From contig OY782680.1 in the NCBI GenBank assembly GCA_963678085.1, positions 2,027,406 to 2,091,405 of the forward strand: 64,000 nt of DNA. Reading direction: 5' to 3'. The notes under the pieces are model-generated. The model made no database searches, had not been told where the DNA came from, and saw only the letters and a program-made list of their open reading frames with translations. Below, piece after piece: positions 51,980-61,259 of the stretch. Position numbers and translations under genes: made by a program. Source of the DNA: Aliishimia sp. (GTDB taxonomy: Bacteria > Pseudomonadota > Alphaproteobacteria > Rhodobacterales > Rhodobacteraceae). Every line of letters begins with the position of its first letter. The stretch's first letter is position 1.

Positions 51980-52726
51980 CTAGACAAGGGCCGCGCGCAG
52001 CAATAGGTTCAGCCCCACCATCGCAAAGGCAATCAGGAAAATCGTGCGAAACAGGCCCGGCTCGGCCCGTTTGCGAACCACTTCTCCAAGTGTAAAGCCA
52101 AGCAATGTGGGCACCAAAAGCCAAGTCGAGATCAGGAAATCCACACCAGAGGCAAATCCAACACTGGGATAGGTGAGCAAAATCCCAATGCTGCCGGCTG
52201 AGACCAGAAAGCCAAAAACCTGCACAAAATCGTCCCGTTCAAGCTGGCGGGCCGAAAGATAAGCCGCCAGAACCGGTGCCCAAACCGCCGTCAGCCCCCC
52301 GACCAGACCGCTCACAAAGGCACTGAGAAATTCAAATATGCGCATGCGCTGCGCAGGGATCACGGGCACCAGATTGCGCCAGCTGAGCAAACAAAAAAGC
52401 AGAACAAGAAGCCCAAGAATGCCGCGCAGCACTCGGTCCGGGGCATCTTGGCTCACAAACACCGTCGCTGCGACCACAACGCCAATCACCAAAGCAAAGC
52501 GCCAATGACGCCGCACGGTCCCCAACCGATCCGGCCCGCGCAGATATTGCCACAGATTGCTCACAAACATGGGCATAATCACCAGGGCCACGGCCTCGCG
52601 CGTCTCGATCCGAAACGCCAAAAGCGCAATCGCAATCGCGGGCAAGCCAAGACCCACAAACCCCTTGATCATCCCGGCAATCAGCAGAACCGCGCTGGCG
52701 TAAAGGATCAACTCAATCGGGGGCAT
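51980..52726 (-). CDS. TauE/SafE-family (sulfite exporter-like) membrane protein
   Basis: 248 aa from MPPIELILYASAVLLIAGMIKGFVGLGLP.., about 7-8 TM helices. The upstream 226 codons of the ORF-track ORF run antisense into fdh and were discarded. Confidence 0.8.
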   Translation of the reverse strand: MPPIELILYASAVLLIAGMIKGFVGLGLPAIAIALLAFRIETREAVALVIMPMFVSNLWQYLRGPDRLGTVRRHWRFALVIGVVVAATVFVSQDAPDRVLRGILGLLVLLFCLLSWRNLVPVIPAQRMRIFEFLSAFVSGLVGGLTAVWAPVLAAYLSARQLERDDFVQVFGFLVSAGSIGILLTYPSVGFASGVDFLISTWLLVPTLLGFTLGEVVRKRAEPGLFRTIFLIAFAMVGLNLLLRAALV

Positions 52727-52930
52727 ACTCTCTCGCTTTTGCGCCGCGTTCTGTCCCGGCTCTAGTCCAGCGGCGCGGCGAGTGCAAAAAGTTTCCGATA
52801 GATAACACAGCGCTTGAGAAAACCAATGCCAAGTCGCGTTTGACGGAAATTTTGCCGGAAGGAACCTTAGCGCGCCCTGCGACATTTTGTAATAAGACGC
52901 GAAATGCGCCCCTAGCAAAGCGATAGGATT

Positions 52931-54646
52931 ATGAACAGCCACGTGCCAGCCAAGACCTTCAAACGCCGAGATCCCTCGCTGCCCAAAGGGCGGCAGGTGA
53001 GTGATGGTGATGTCTCCGCTCTTGCAGATTTGCTTGGGGATATGCCGCTCAGGCGCGATATGCTGATTGAGGCTTTGCATGTCATTCAAGACACCCATGG
53101 TCATATCAGCGCCGCCAATATCGCCGCTCTGGCCGAGCTGTTTCGCCTCGCGCAGGTGGAAGTCTTTGAAGTGGCGAGCTTTTATGACCATTTCGATGTG
53201 GTGCGCGAAGGCGAGAGCGCGCCCCCGCCGGTCACTGTGCGCATCGCCACCGGCGTGAGCGAAGAGCTGATGGGCGCATATGAGCTGATCGAGCAGCTGC
53301 GCGCCGCCGTGGATCCCAGCCAAGTGCGCGTGATTGCGGCGCCTTGCATTGGTCAATGTGACAGCGCGCCCGCCGCCACCATTGGCAAACGCATTTATAA
53401 ACATTGCACGGTGGACAGCCTGTTGCAGGCGATCCAGAACGACAATTCCAGCCCTGCCCCCGACCCTTACGAAGACCTTGCCGCCTATCGCGCCGCCGGG
53501 GGCTATCAGGTGCTGGGCCGGGTTCTTGCAGGTGAGATTAGCGCCGATGCCGCGGTGGAAACCATGTCTGATGCCGGGCTGCGCGGCCTTGGCGGGGCGG
53601 GCTTTCCGGCGGGCACCAAATGGGGCTTTGTGCGCAGCTATGCAGGCCCGCGCTTGATGACCGTGAATGGTGATGAGGGCGAGCCGGGCACCTTTAAGGA
53701 CCGCTGGTGGCTAGAGCGCAAACCGCACCGCATGCTAGAGGGCGCGCAGATCGCCGCGCGCGTGGTGGGCTGTGAGCGCATCTATATCTATATGCGCGAC
53801 GAATATCCCCATATCCTCGAAATCCTGCGCCGCGAGATTGACGCGCTCAATGCCTCTGATTTGGATCTGGTGCCCATGGAGCTGCGGCGCGGCGCGGGGG
53901 CGTATATTTGCGGCGAAGAAAGCGCGATGATCGAAAGCATTGAGGGCAAGCGCGGGCTGCCCCGCCATAAACCGCCCTTCATTGCTGAACGTGGGCTCTT
54001 TGGTCGCCCGACCCTCAATCACAATATTGAAACCGTAAGCTGGATCCCTGATATTCTCGCCAACGGCCCGCAATGGTTTGCTGATCAAGGCTGGAATGAG
54101 AACCACAAAGGCCCGCGTGCCTTTTCCGTCTCTGGTCGCGTGAAAGAGCCCGGTGTGAAAATCGCGCCCGCCGGTATCCCGCTCATCCGTCTGATTGAGG
54201 ATTATTGCGGCGGCATGGCCGAGGGGCATGAGTTCAAGGCCTTCTTTCCCGGCGGGGCCTCGGGCGGCATCTTTCCTGCCTCTATGGCGGATCGAGCGAT
54301 GGATTTTGGCACTTGGGAAAAAGAGGGCGGCTTTATCGGCTCGCATGCGGTGGTGATCCTGTCGCAGCACGACAGCGTGCATGGCGCGGCGCTCAATACG
54401 ATGAAATTCTTTGCCCATGAAAGCTGTGGTCAATGCACCCCTTGCCGCTCGGGCACCGACAAAATGGTGCGCCTTTTGCAAGCGGGCGATACGAATGCGG
54501 GTCTCTATAACGATCTTTTGACAGTTATGGGCGATGCTTCGATCTGCGGGCTCGGGCAAGCGGCCGGAAACTGCGTAAAACAATTGATGAAACATTTCCC
54601 CGAAGAGTTCGCATCTGGCGGGAAAAGCCATGAGGAGGTGCAATAA
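52931..54646 (+). CDS. NAD-dependent formate dehydrogenase beta subunit (fused NuoE-like + NuoF-like)
   Basis: 571 aa. NuoF-type FMN/NADH site (GLRGLGGAGFPAGTKW, GDEGEPGTFKDR) and 4Fe-4S site (ESCGQCTPCR). The N-terminal ~170 aa are NuoE/thioredoxin-like. TAATG overlap with the alpha subunit. Confidence 0.85.
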   Translation: MNSHVPAKTFKRRDPSLPKGRQVSDGDVSALADLLGDMPLRRDMLIEALHVIQDTHGHISAANIAALAELFRLAQVEVFEVASFYDHFDVVREGESAPPPVTVRIATGVSEELMGAYELIEQLRAAVDPSQVRVIAAPCIGQCDSAPAATIGKRIYKHCTVDSLLQAIQNDNSSPAPDPYEDLAAYRAAGGYQVLGRVLAGEISADAAVETMSDAGLRGLGGAGFPAGTKWGFVRSYAGPRLMTVNGDEGEPGTFKDRWWLERKPHRMLEGAQIAARVVGCERIYIYMRDEYPHILEILRREIDALNASDLDLVPMELRRGAGAYICGEESAMIESIEGKRGLPRHKPPFIAERGLFGRPTLNHNIETVSWIPDILANGPQWFADQGWNENHKGPRAFSVSGRVKEPGVKIAPAGIPLIRLIEDYCGGMAEGHEFKAFFPGGASGGIFPASMADRAMDFGTWEKEGGFIGSHAVVILSQHDSVHGAALNTMKFFAHESCGQCTPCRSGTDKMVRLLQAGDTNAGLYNDLLTVMGDASICGLGQAAGNCVKQLMKHFPEEFASGGKSHEEVQ

Positions 54647-57462
54647 TGAGCCTCGATCAAGCCACTATTACATTCACGCTCGATGATCGCCAAGTCACGG
54701 CAAATGGCGGCGAAACCATCTGGGAGGTTGCCCGCCGCGAAGGCGTGGCCATCCCGCATCTGTGCTGGAAACCGGATGTGCCCGATCTGCGCGAGGACGG
54801 CAATTGCCGCGCCTGTATGGTCGAGATTGAGGGCGAGCGCGTGCTGGCCGCCTCCTGTCTACGCAAGCCTAAAGAGGGCATGATCGTGCGCACTCAAACG
54901 GCGCGGGCCCAGAAAAGCCGCGAAATGGTCTTTGACCTTCTTGCCTCCGATATGCCCGCGCGCGATCAAAGCCCTGACCCGCAAAGCCATTTCTGGCAAC
55001 AGGCCGAGCTCGCCGGTTTGGACAAGGCCCGCTACCCGTCTGGGCGCCCTGGCGCAAAACAGGATATCCCCGTGGATAGCGTGTTTCATGACGCCTCTCA
55101 TCCCTCAATCGCCGTTAATCTTGATGCCTGCATCTCTTGTGGCCTATGCGAACGCGCCTGCCGCGAAGTGCAGGTAAATGACGTGATCGGCATGGCCCAT
55201 CGCGGCATGGATGCGGTGCCCGTCTTTGATATCTCTGACCCGATGGGGCTCTCCACCTGCGTGGGTTGCGGCGAGTGCGTGCAAGCCTGCCCGACCGGCG
55301 CGCTCATGGAAAAGACGCTGCTTGATGAAAGCGCCACCAAGCGCGAAGTTTTTGACGTCGAGAAAAAGCCCTCTGTCTGCCCCTTCTGCGGCGTGGGCTG
55401 TCAAACCGAAATCAGCGTCAAAGATAATCAGATCCTGAAAGTCGATGGCCGCCAAGGCCCCGCCAATCGTGGCAAGCTCTGCGTTAAGGGGCGCTTTGGC
55501 ATGGATTACGTGATGTCGCCCGAGCGCCTCACCAAACCCCTGATCCGCCGCGAAGATGCGCCCAAACGCGCCGATGCGCAGATGAGCTTTGCCAATATCT
55601 CGGACGTGTTCCGCGAGGCCAGCTGGGAAGAGGCGATGGAATTTGCCGCCTCTGGTTTGACCAAGGTGCGCGATAGCATTGGCGGGCAGGCCGTTGCGGG
55701 TTTTGGCAGCGCCAAAGGCACCAATGAAGAGGCCTATCTGTTCCAGAAATATATCCGCCAGGGCTTTGGCACCAATAATGTCGATCACTGCACCCGGCTG
55801 TGCCATGCCTCATCCGTCGCGGCCTTGATGGAAGGGGTCGGCTCAGGGGCGGTCTCTGCGCCCTTTACCGCCGCAGATGACAGCGATTGCATCATGATGA
55901 TCGGCTGCCGCCCAGAGCAAAACCACCCAGTCGCCGCAACCTATTTCAAGCAAGCAGCCAAGCGCGGTGCGCGCGTCATGGTCTTTGATCCGCGCAAACA
56001 AGAAATGATGCGCCATGCCAGCCATCCCGTGCTGTTTGAGCCGGGCCGCGATGTGCCTATGCTCAATGCCATGATCCACACGATCATCGACGAGCAGCTT
56101 TATGATGCGCAATATGTGCAAGCCAATCTCGACGGCTTTGAGGCGCTGCGTGAAAAGGTCAAGGATTACACCCCCGAAGCCATGTCCGAAATCTGCGGCG
56201 TAAAGGCAAGCTATCTGCGTGAGCTGGCGCGGGTCTTTGCCGGGGCCGAGCGGGCGATCATCTTTTGGGGCATGGGCGTGAGCCAACATGTGCATGGCAC
56301 GGATAATGTGCGCTGTCTGATTGCGCTTTCGCTGATCACCGGGCAAATCGGTCGCCCTGGCACTGGCATTCACCCGCTGCGGGGGCAAAATAATGTGCAG
56401 GGTGCCTCGGATGCGGGGCTGATCCCGATCACCTACCCAGACTATATGTCGGTTGAAAATGCCGATATTCGCGCCCGTTATGAGGATCAATGGGGCCGCA
56501 GCCTCGATCCCCAGAAAGGGCTCACCGTGGTGGAAACCATGGGCGCAATCCATGAAGGGCGCGTGCGCGCGATGTATGTGCAGGGCGAAAACCCGGCCAT
56601 GTCCGACCCCGATCAACATCATGCGCGCGCCGCTTTGGCGATGCTTGAGCATCTGGTGGTGCAGGATATCTTTTTCACCGAAACCGCCTGGTTTGCGGAT
56701 GTGATCCTGCCTGCCTCTGCCCAGCCGGAAAAGCCGGGCACCTATACCAATTCCAACCGCCAAGTGCAGATCGCCCTGCCCGTGCGCACCCCTCCTGGCG
56801 CGGCTCGCCAAGATTGGAAATTGCTGGTGGAAATGGCGCAGCGCTCGGGCCTTGATTGGGACTATGCGGATGTTGGGGCCGTCTATGACGAGATGGCCGC
56901 GAATATGCCAAGCCTTGATAATATCACATGGGATCGGCTCATGCGCGAAGGGTCTGTGACCTATCCGGTGAAATCAAGCGATGGGCCGGGCGAAGAGATC
57001 ATCTTTTATGATGGGTTCCCCACCAAGAGCGGCAAGGCAAAACTGGTGCCAACCGATCTGGTGCCGCCCGATGAGCTGCCCGATGAGGAGTTCCCACTGG
57101 TGCTCACGACCGGGCGATTGCTTGAGCATTGGCACACTGGCGCCATGACCCGCCGCGCCACGCATCTGAACGCCCAAGAGGGTGAAGCCATTGTCTCGAT
57201 GCATCCCAAGGATATTGGGCGTATGGGCTTTGAGCGCGGCCAGCAAGTGACGGTCGAGACGCGGCGCGGGGCAATCACGCTGACCTTGCGGGCCGATCGC
57301 GATGTCACACCGGGGATGCTCTTTATTCCCTTCTGCTTTGTGGAGGCTCCGGCGAATTTCCTCACCAACCCGCAGCTCGACCCGTTCGGGAAAATCCCAG
57401 AGTTCAAATTCTGCGCCGCGCGTATAGGCCCCGCCGATCAAAGCGCGGTTGCCGCAGAGTAA
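54646..57462 (+). CDS. Formate dehydrogenase alpha subunit (Mo/W-bis-MGD, NuoG-like N-terminus)
   Basis: 938 aa. 2Fe-2S (CRACMVEI), 4Fe-4S ferredoxin motifs (CISCGLCERAC, CVGCGECVQACP), CPFCGVGC, molybdopterin oxidoreductase core (..HCTRLCHAS..). Confidence 0.92.
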   Translation: MSLDQATITFTLDDRQVTANGGETIWEVARREGVAIPHLCWKPDVPDLREDGNCRACMVEIEGERVLAASCLRKPKEGMIVRTQTARAQKSREMVFDLLASDMPARDQSPDPQSHFWQQAELAGLDKARYPSGRPGAKQDIPVDSVFHDASHPSIAVNLDACISCGLCERACREVQVNDVIGMAHRGMDAVPVFDISDPMGLSTCVGCGECVQACPTGALMEKTLLDESATKREVFDVEKKPSVCPFCGVGCQTEISVKDNQILKVDGRQGPANRGKLCVKGRFGMDYVMSPERLTKPLIRREDAPKRADAQMSFANISDVFREASWEEAMEFAASGLTKVRDSIGGQAVAGFGSAKGTNEEAYLFQKYIRQGFGTNNVDHCTRLCHASSVAALMEGVGSGAVSAPFTAADDSDCIMMIGCRPEQNHPVAATYFKQAAKRGARVMVFDPRKQEMMRHASHPVLFEPGRDVPMLNAMIHTIIDEQLYDAQYVQANLDGFEALREKVKDYTPEAMSEICGVKASYLRELARVFAGAERAIIFWGMGVSQHVHGTDNVRCLIALSLITGQIGRPGTGIHPLRGQNNVQGASDAGLIPITYPDYMSVENADIRARYEDQWGRSLDPQKGLTVVETMGAIHEGRVRAMYVQGENPAMSDPDQHHARAALAMLEHLVVQDIFFTETAWFADVILPASAQPEKPGTYTNSNRQVQIALPVRTPPGAARQDWKLLVEMAQRSGLDWDYADVGAVYDEMAANMPSLDNITWDRLMREGSVTYPVKSSDGPGEEIIFYDGFPTKSGKAKLVPTDLVPPDELPDEEFPLVLTTGRLLEHWHTGAMTRRATHLNAQEGEAIVSMHPKDIGRMGFERGQQVTVETRRGAITLTLRADRDVTPGMLFIPFCFVEAPANFLTNPQLDPFGKIPEFKFCAARIGPADQSAVAAE

Positions 57463-57480
57463 TGTCGGGTAAAGAGATGG

Positions 57481-57860
57481 GCACGACAAAAGCCCCCGCA
57501 TGGAGCCATTCCACCGGAGTTTTGCATATATAAAGGAAGATTAGCATTCGGACAGGGAACGGGCCCGTCAGACATCGATGAACACTGCGTGTCAATAGCA
57601 GTGAACCGGTGGTTGCTCATCATTTCCTATCCGCGCCATCGTGACGAAAGAGAACTTAGCCAGGCTCCACATGCCCATGCTCCAGCCACATTGACAGCGC
57701 GCGTCTTAGAAGCTTCGTGCGAGGAGTTCTACGCGGGATTGGTTAAGATTGCGTGAGGGGTGCGTGCGCGGGGTTAAGGACTGGTTTCCGAGTGGGGGTT
57801 TTGCACCCCCACACCCCCGCAAGGTATTTTTAGCCAAATGAAGGGGGCGCCGGGTTGAGG
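57481..57860. repeat. Copy 2 of the ~380-400 nt non-coding repeat (direct copy of 12025-12424)
   Basis: See copy 1. Lies between the convergent formate dehydrogenase alpha gene and bhcD. Confidence 0.9.
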
Positions 57861-57979
57861 GATTTGCGACGCTGCAAGGCATTGATATGGTTTATTTTCT
57901 TGCGATTTACCAAGCGCGCGGCTGGGGGAGGCTCCCCCTCGCGCATGCGCGCTGGGCAGGAAATTTGCGGGTTTCGGTT

Positions 57980-58945
57980 TTAAAAATCAACCTCGATTGC
58001 GATGCCTTTATCTATGGCTAAATCCACCACGGCTGCGGCGACGGCGAGATCTTGCAGGCCGACGCCTGTTCCGTCAAACAGCGTGATTTGATCCTGCGCG
58101 CTCCGGCCCGGATGGGTGCCGTTAATGACTGCGCCGAGCTGAGCGATATCGGTGTCCTGAATAAGCCCCTCAGCGATGGCGTGCTGGGCTTCGCCAATGG
58201 AGATGGATTGGGCGACCTCATCGGTGAACACCGCGGCGCGTGTGAGCAACGCGGATTCAACCTCTTGCTTGCCTTTGGTGTCCGTGCCCATGCAGGCAAT
58301 ATGGGTGCCAGGGCTCACATGATCCGCCATAAGCGAGGGCGAAAAGGCGGAGGTGATGGAAATAATCACATGAGCTTCGGCCATACCGGGCAGATCGACC
58401 GCCTCAAAGGGCAGGCCCGCCTCGGTTGCAACTTTTTCGATATTGGGCAGCATTTTGGGGTGGTAGTTCCAGCCAATCACCTTTTCGAATTTGCGCTGCT
58501 CTAAAGCGGCGCGCAGCTGGAACGTGGCTTGGTGACCTGCGCCAATCATACCGATGGTTTTGGCATCTTCGCGCGCCAAATGCTTGATGGACACCGAAGA
58601 GGCCGCAGCGGTGCGCAGCGCGGTGAGCAGATTGCCCCCCACCATCGCCATGGGTTTGCCAGTGTCAGGATCAAACAGGAACACGGTGGATTGGTGATTG
58701 ATCAGCCCGCGCTTTTCCAAATTGTTGGGCCAATATCCGCCCGCCTTGAGACCCAGCGTTAGCCCGGCGCGATCAAAGCCGCCCTTAAAGCCATAAAGCG
58801 CATCTTCATGTCCGATCGCCTCGCGCACCACCGGAAAGTTATAGGCATCGCCTGCGGCCATGGCAGCAAAGACCTTTTCAACAGCGTCAAAAGCGGCCTC
58901 GCGGCTCATCAGATCGGCAATTTCGCGTTCAGGTATGATCAGCAT
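57980..58945 (-). CDS. bhcD: Iminosuccinate reductase BhcD (ornithine cyclodeaminase/mu-crystallin family)
   Basis: 321 aa from MLIIPEREIADLM.., Rossmann GMIGAGHQA. Last gene of an aminotransferase-dehydratase-aldolase-OCD operon. The upstream 121 codons of the ORF were discarded. Confidence 0.75.
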   Translation of the reverse strand: MLIIPEREIADLMSREAAFDAVEKVFAAMAAGDAYNFPVVREAIGHEDALYGFKGGFDRAGLTLGLKAGGYWPNNLEKRGLINHQSTVFLFDPDTGKPMAMVGGNLLTALRTAAASSVSIKHLAREDAKTIGMIGAGHQATFQLRAALEQRKFEKVIGWNYHPKMLPNIEKVATEAGLPFEAVDLPGMAEAHVIISITSAFSPSLMADHVSPGTHIACMGTDTKGKQEVESALLTRAAVFTDEVAQSISIGEAQHAIAEGLIQDTDIAQLGAVINGTHPGRSAQDQITLFDGTGVGLQDLAVAAAVVDLAIDKGIAIEVDF

Positions 58946-59024
58946 CTGGGTCTCCTTGGGTTGCACGTGCTGCAAACACAAAGCCCGCCGCAAGAGACGG
59001 GCTTTGCCATGTTTAGGGAAGAGT

Positions 59025-60188
59025 TCAGTAAGCGTGGCCGCGCGCCGAAACTGGCCAGACGCATTCGACCTTGCCGCCCCGCACACCCACATACCAATCA
59101 TGCACATTGGCGGTAGGGTCACAGTGGCCCGGCACCAGCTTGAGCTTGTCATTGACTTTGAGTGCGCCGCTGGGATCCATAACCACGCCATGCTCATCGG
59201 AGCATTTGATATATTCCACATCATCGCGGCCAAAGACGGTGGGCAGGCCACTATCGACCGATTGCGCCTTAAGGCCTGCATCGACGATGGCTTTATCCGC
59301 CTTGGCATGGCTCATCACGCTGGTCAGAATGAAAAAGGCATTTTCCCACTCGCCCTGATCAATCCGATTGCCGTCCTTATCCAGAATGCGGCCATAATCG
59401 GCATCCATAAAGGCATAAGAGCCGCATTGAAGCTCGTTATACACGCCGGAATTGGATTCAAAGTAATAGGAGCCGGTGCCGCCACCGCCAACGATATCGC
59501 AGTCAAGCCCTTCGGTCTTGAGCGTATCAACCGCGTCTTTGACCATGGCAACAGCGATATCAATCTTGGCTTTACGGTCGTTATAGTCGTCAAGATGCTG
59601 CATCGCGCCCTGATAGGCCTGGATGCCGGAGAATTTCAGCCCCTCAGATGCGTCAATGGCCTTGGCGATTTCGACGACCTCTGGCGTGGTGGTGACGCCG
59701 CAGCGCCCTGCCCCGCAGTCAATTTCTACAAGGCATTCGATCTGGGTGCCATGCTTTTGCGCGGCTGCGGACAGATCGGCCACATTTGTCAGGTCATCGA
59801 CACAGCAAATGGTGCGCGCCCCCAGTTTGGGCAGGCGGGCAAGGCGGTCGATCTTAGCCGCATTGCGCACTTGGTTGGAGACGAGAATATCCTGAATGCC
59901 GCCACGGGCAAAAACCTCGGCCTCAGAGACTTTCTGGCAGCAAACACCGCAGGCCCCGCCAAGGCTTTCTTGCAGCATTTGCACATCAACCGATTTATGC
60001 ATCTTGCCATGGGTGCGGTGGCGCATACCGTGATCCTTGGCATAATCGCCCATCTTCTTGATATTGCGCTCAAGCGCGTCAAGATCCAGCACAAGGGCCG
60101 GGGTCTGGATATCAGCCTCATCCATGCCCGGTTTGGCCGGGATGTTAAAGCCCACTTCGAATTCATCAAGGTTGCTCATATCTTTCAT
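59025..60188 (-). CDS. bhcC: Beta-hydroxyaspartate aldolase BhcC (alanine-racemase-N / D-threonine aldolase-like)
   Basis: 387 aa. ..TPALVLDLDALERNI.. and ..RHRTHGKMHKS.. (PLP-Lys context) of the DSD1/D-TA family. Confidence 0.75.
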   Translation of the reverse strand: MKDMSNLDEFEVGFNIPAKPGMDEADIQTPALVLDLDALERNIKKMGDYAKDHGMRHRTHGKMHKSVDVQMLQESLGGACGVCCQKVSEAEVFARGGIQDILVSNQVRNAAKIDRLARLPKLGARTICCVDDLTNVADLSAAAQKHGTQIECLVEIDCGAGRCGVTTTPEVVEIAKAIDASEGLKFSGIQAYQGAMQHLDDYNDRKAKIDIAVAMVKDAVDTLKTEGLDCDIVGGGGTGSYYFESNSGVYNELQCGSYAFMDADYGRILDKDGNRIDQGEWENAFFILTSVMSHAKADKAIVDAGLKAQSVDSGLPTVFGRDDVEYIKCSDEHGVVMDPSGALKVNDKLKLVPGHCDPTANVHDWYVGVRGGKVECVWPVSARGHAY

Positions 60189-60240
60189 GGGGTCACTCCA
60201 GGTTTGTCGATGGGATTAAGAAAACGCGCTCTGCATTGAT

Positions 60241-60274
60241 GTTTCCTATCGTAAACATATTTCCAATAGGAAAC
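60241..60274 (-). other. Intercistronic inverted repeat between bhcB and bhcC
   Basis: GTTTCCTAT-N16-ATAGGAAAC (9-bp arms), 10 nt after the bhcB stop. Confidence 0.6.
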
Positions 60275-60283
60275 CAACCCAAA

Positions 60284-61246
60284 TTACTGCGACGGATTGT
60301 TCAGCCAAGGCAGCTTGTCCAGATCCACATTGCCGCCGGTGATGATCAGCCCCACGCGCTTGCCCTTAAAGGCCTCAGGGTTTTTCAAGACAGTCGCCAG
60401 AGGCACCGCCGAAGAGGGTTCCATCACGATGCGCAAATGTTTCCAGATCAGTTTCATCGCATCAATGATCTCTTGATCGGAGGCGGTGTAGATCTCGGAG
60501 ACGTGGTTGGAGACAAAATGCCAAGTCAGATCCTTGAGCGGCACCAAAAGCCCATCGGCAATGGTCTTGGGCGCATCATCGGCGATAATATAGCCCGCCT
60601 TAAAGCTGCGATAGGCATCATCGGCCTGTTCTGGTTCTGCGGCGATGATCTTGGTTTCTGGCGCTAGGGTCGAGAGTGTCAAGCAGGTGCCCGAGACCAT
60701 ACCGCCCCCGCCAATGGGCGCAACAACCATGTCCAGACCGTCGGTTTGCTCCATAAATTCTTTAGAGCACGTCCCCTGCCCCGCGATCACCCGATGATCG
60801 TTATAAGGATGCACAAAATCGCCGCCTGTTGCGGCCTGGACCTCAGCAAAGGTGGCTTCGCGCGAGGTGGTTGAGGGCTCACATTCGGTGATTACCCCGC
60901 CATAGCGACGCACCGTATCCTTTTTCGCCTGGGGCGCCGTGCGCGGCATCACCACATTGCAAGGAATCCCGCGCTTCATCGCTGCGTAAGAGAGACAAGA
61001 GGCGTGGTTGCCCGAGGAATGGGTGGCAACGCCCTTGGCCGCTTGCGCCTCATCCAGCCCAAAGACGGCATTGCACGCACCGCGCACCTTGAACGCGCCC
61101 GGCTCTTGGAAATTCTCGCATTTGAAGAACAGCTCGCAGCCCGCCAGTTCGCTCAGATAATCAGAGCTTCGCACCGGCGTGCGGCGAATATAAGGTTCAA
61201 TCCGCTTATGGGCGTCAAGCATGTCCTCGTAGCTGGGAATATACAT
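60284..61246 (-). CDS. bhcB: Beta-hydroxyaspartate dehydratase BhcB (PLP fold-type II, Ser/Thr dehydratase family)
   Basis: 320 aa. ..FFKCENFQEPGAFKVRGA.. (PLP-Lys), ..HSSGNHA.., ..GGGGMVSG... Confidence 0.75.
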   Translation of the reverse strand: MYIPSYEDMLDAHKRIEPYIRRTPVRSSDYLSELAGCELFFKCENFQEPGAFKVRGACNAVFGLDEAQAAKGVATHSSGNHASCLSYAAMKRGIPCNVVMPRTAPQAKKDTVRRYGGVITECEPSTTSREATFAEVQAATGGDFVHPYNDHRVIAGQGTCSKEFMEQTDGLDMVVAPIGGGGMVSGTCLTLSTLAPETKIIAAEPEQADDAYRSFKAGYIIADDAPKTIADGLLVPLKDLTWHFVSNHVSEIYTASDQEIIDAMKLIWKHLRIVMEPSSAVPLATVLKNPEAFKGKRVGLIITGGNVDLDKLPWLNNPSQ

Positions 61247-61259
61247 CGTCTTATCCTCT

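Noticed and set aside
51980-53404. Long N-terminal extensions of ORF-track ORFs (51980-53404, 57980-59308, 7898-8893, 21279-22022, 46895-47608, 35876-37369)
   Set aside because: The extensions overlap neighbouring genes or lack homology-like sequence. Internal starts with an SD or canonical N-termini give family-typical lengths.
55843-56811. 322-aa minus-strand ORF (likewise 53735-54643, 55144-55806 and 3659-4372)
   Set aside because: These are antisense shadows of the formate dehydrogenase subunits and lpxA.
57571-57606. Hammerhead-like arrangement (CGAUGAA - CACUGC hairpin - GUGAAC) in the repeat core
   Set aside because: The core does not match CUGAUGA...GAAA: the U is missing and the 3' side reads GAAC. 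No cleavage-site helix III was found.
58860-60239. 459-aa plus-strand ORF
   Set aside because: It is antisense to bhcD/bhcC, which have recognisable family motifs and fit an operon.
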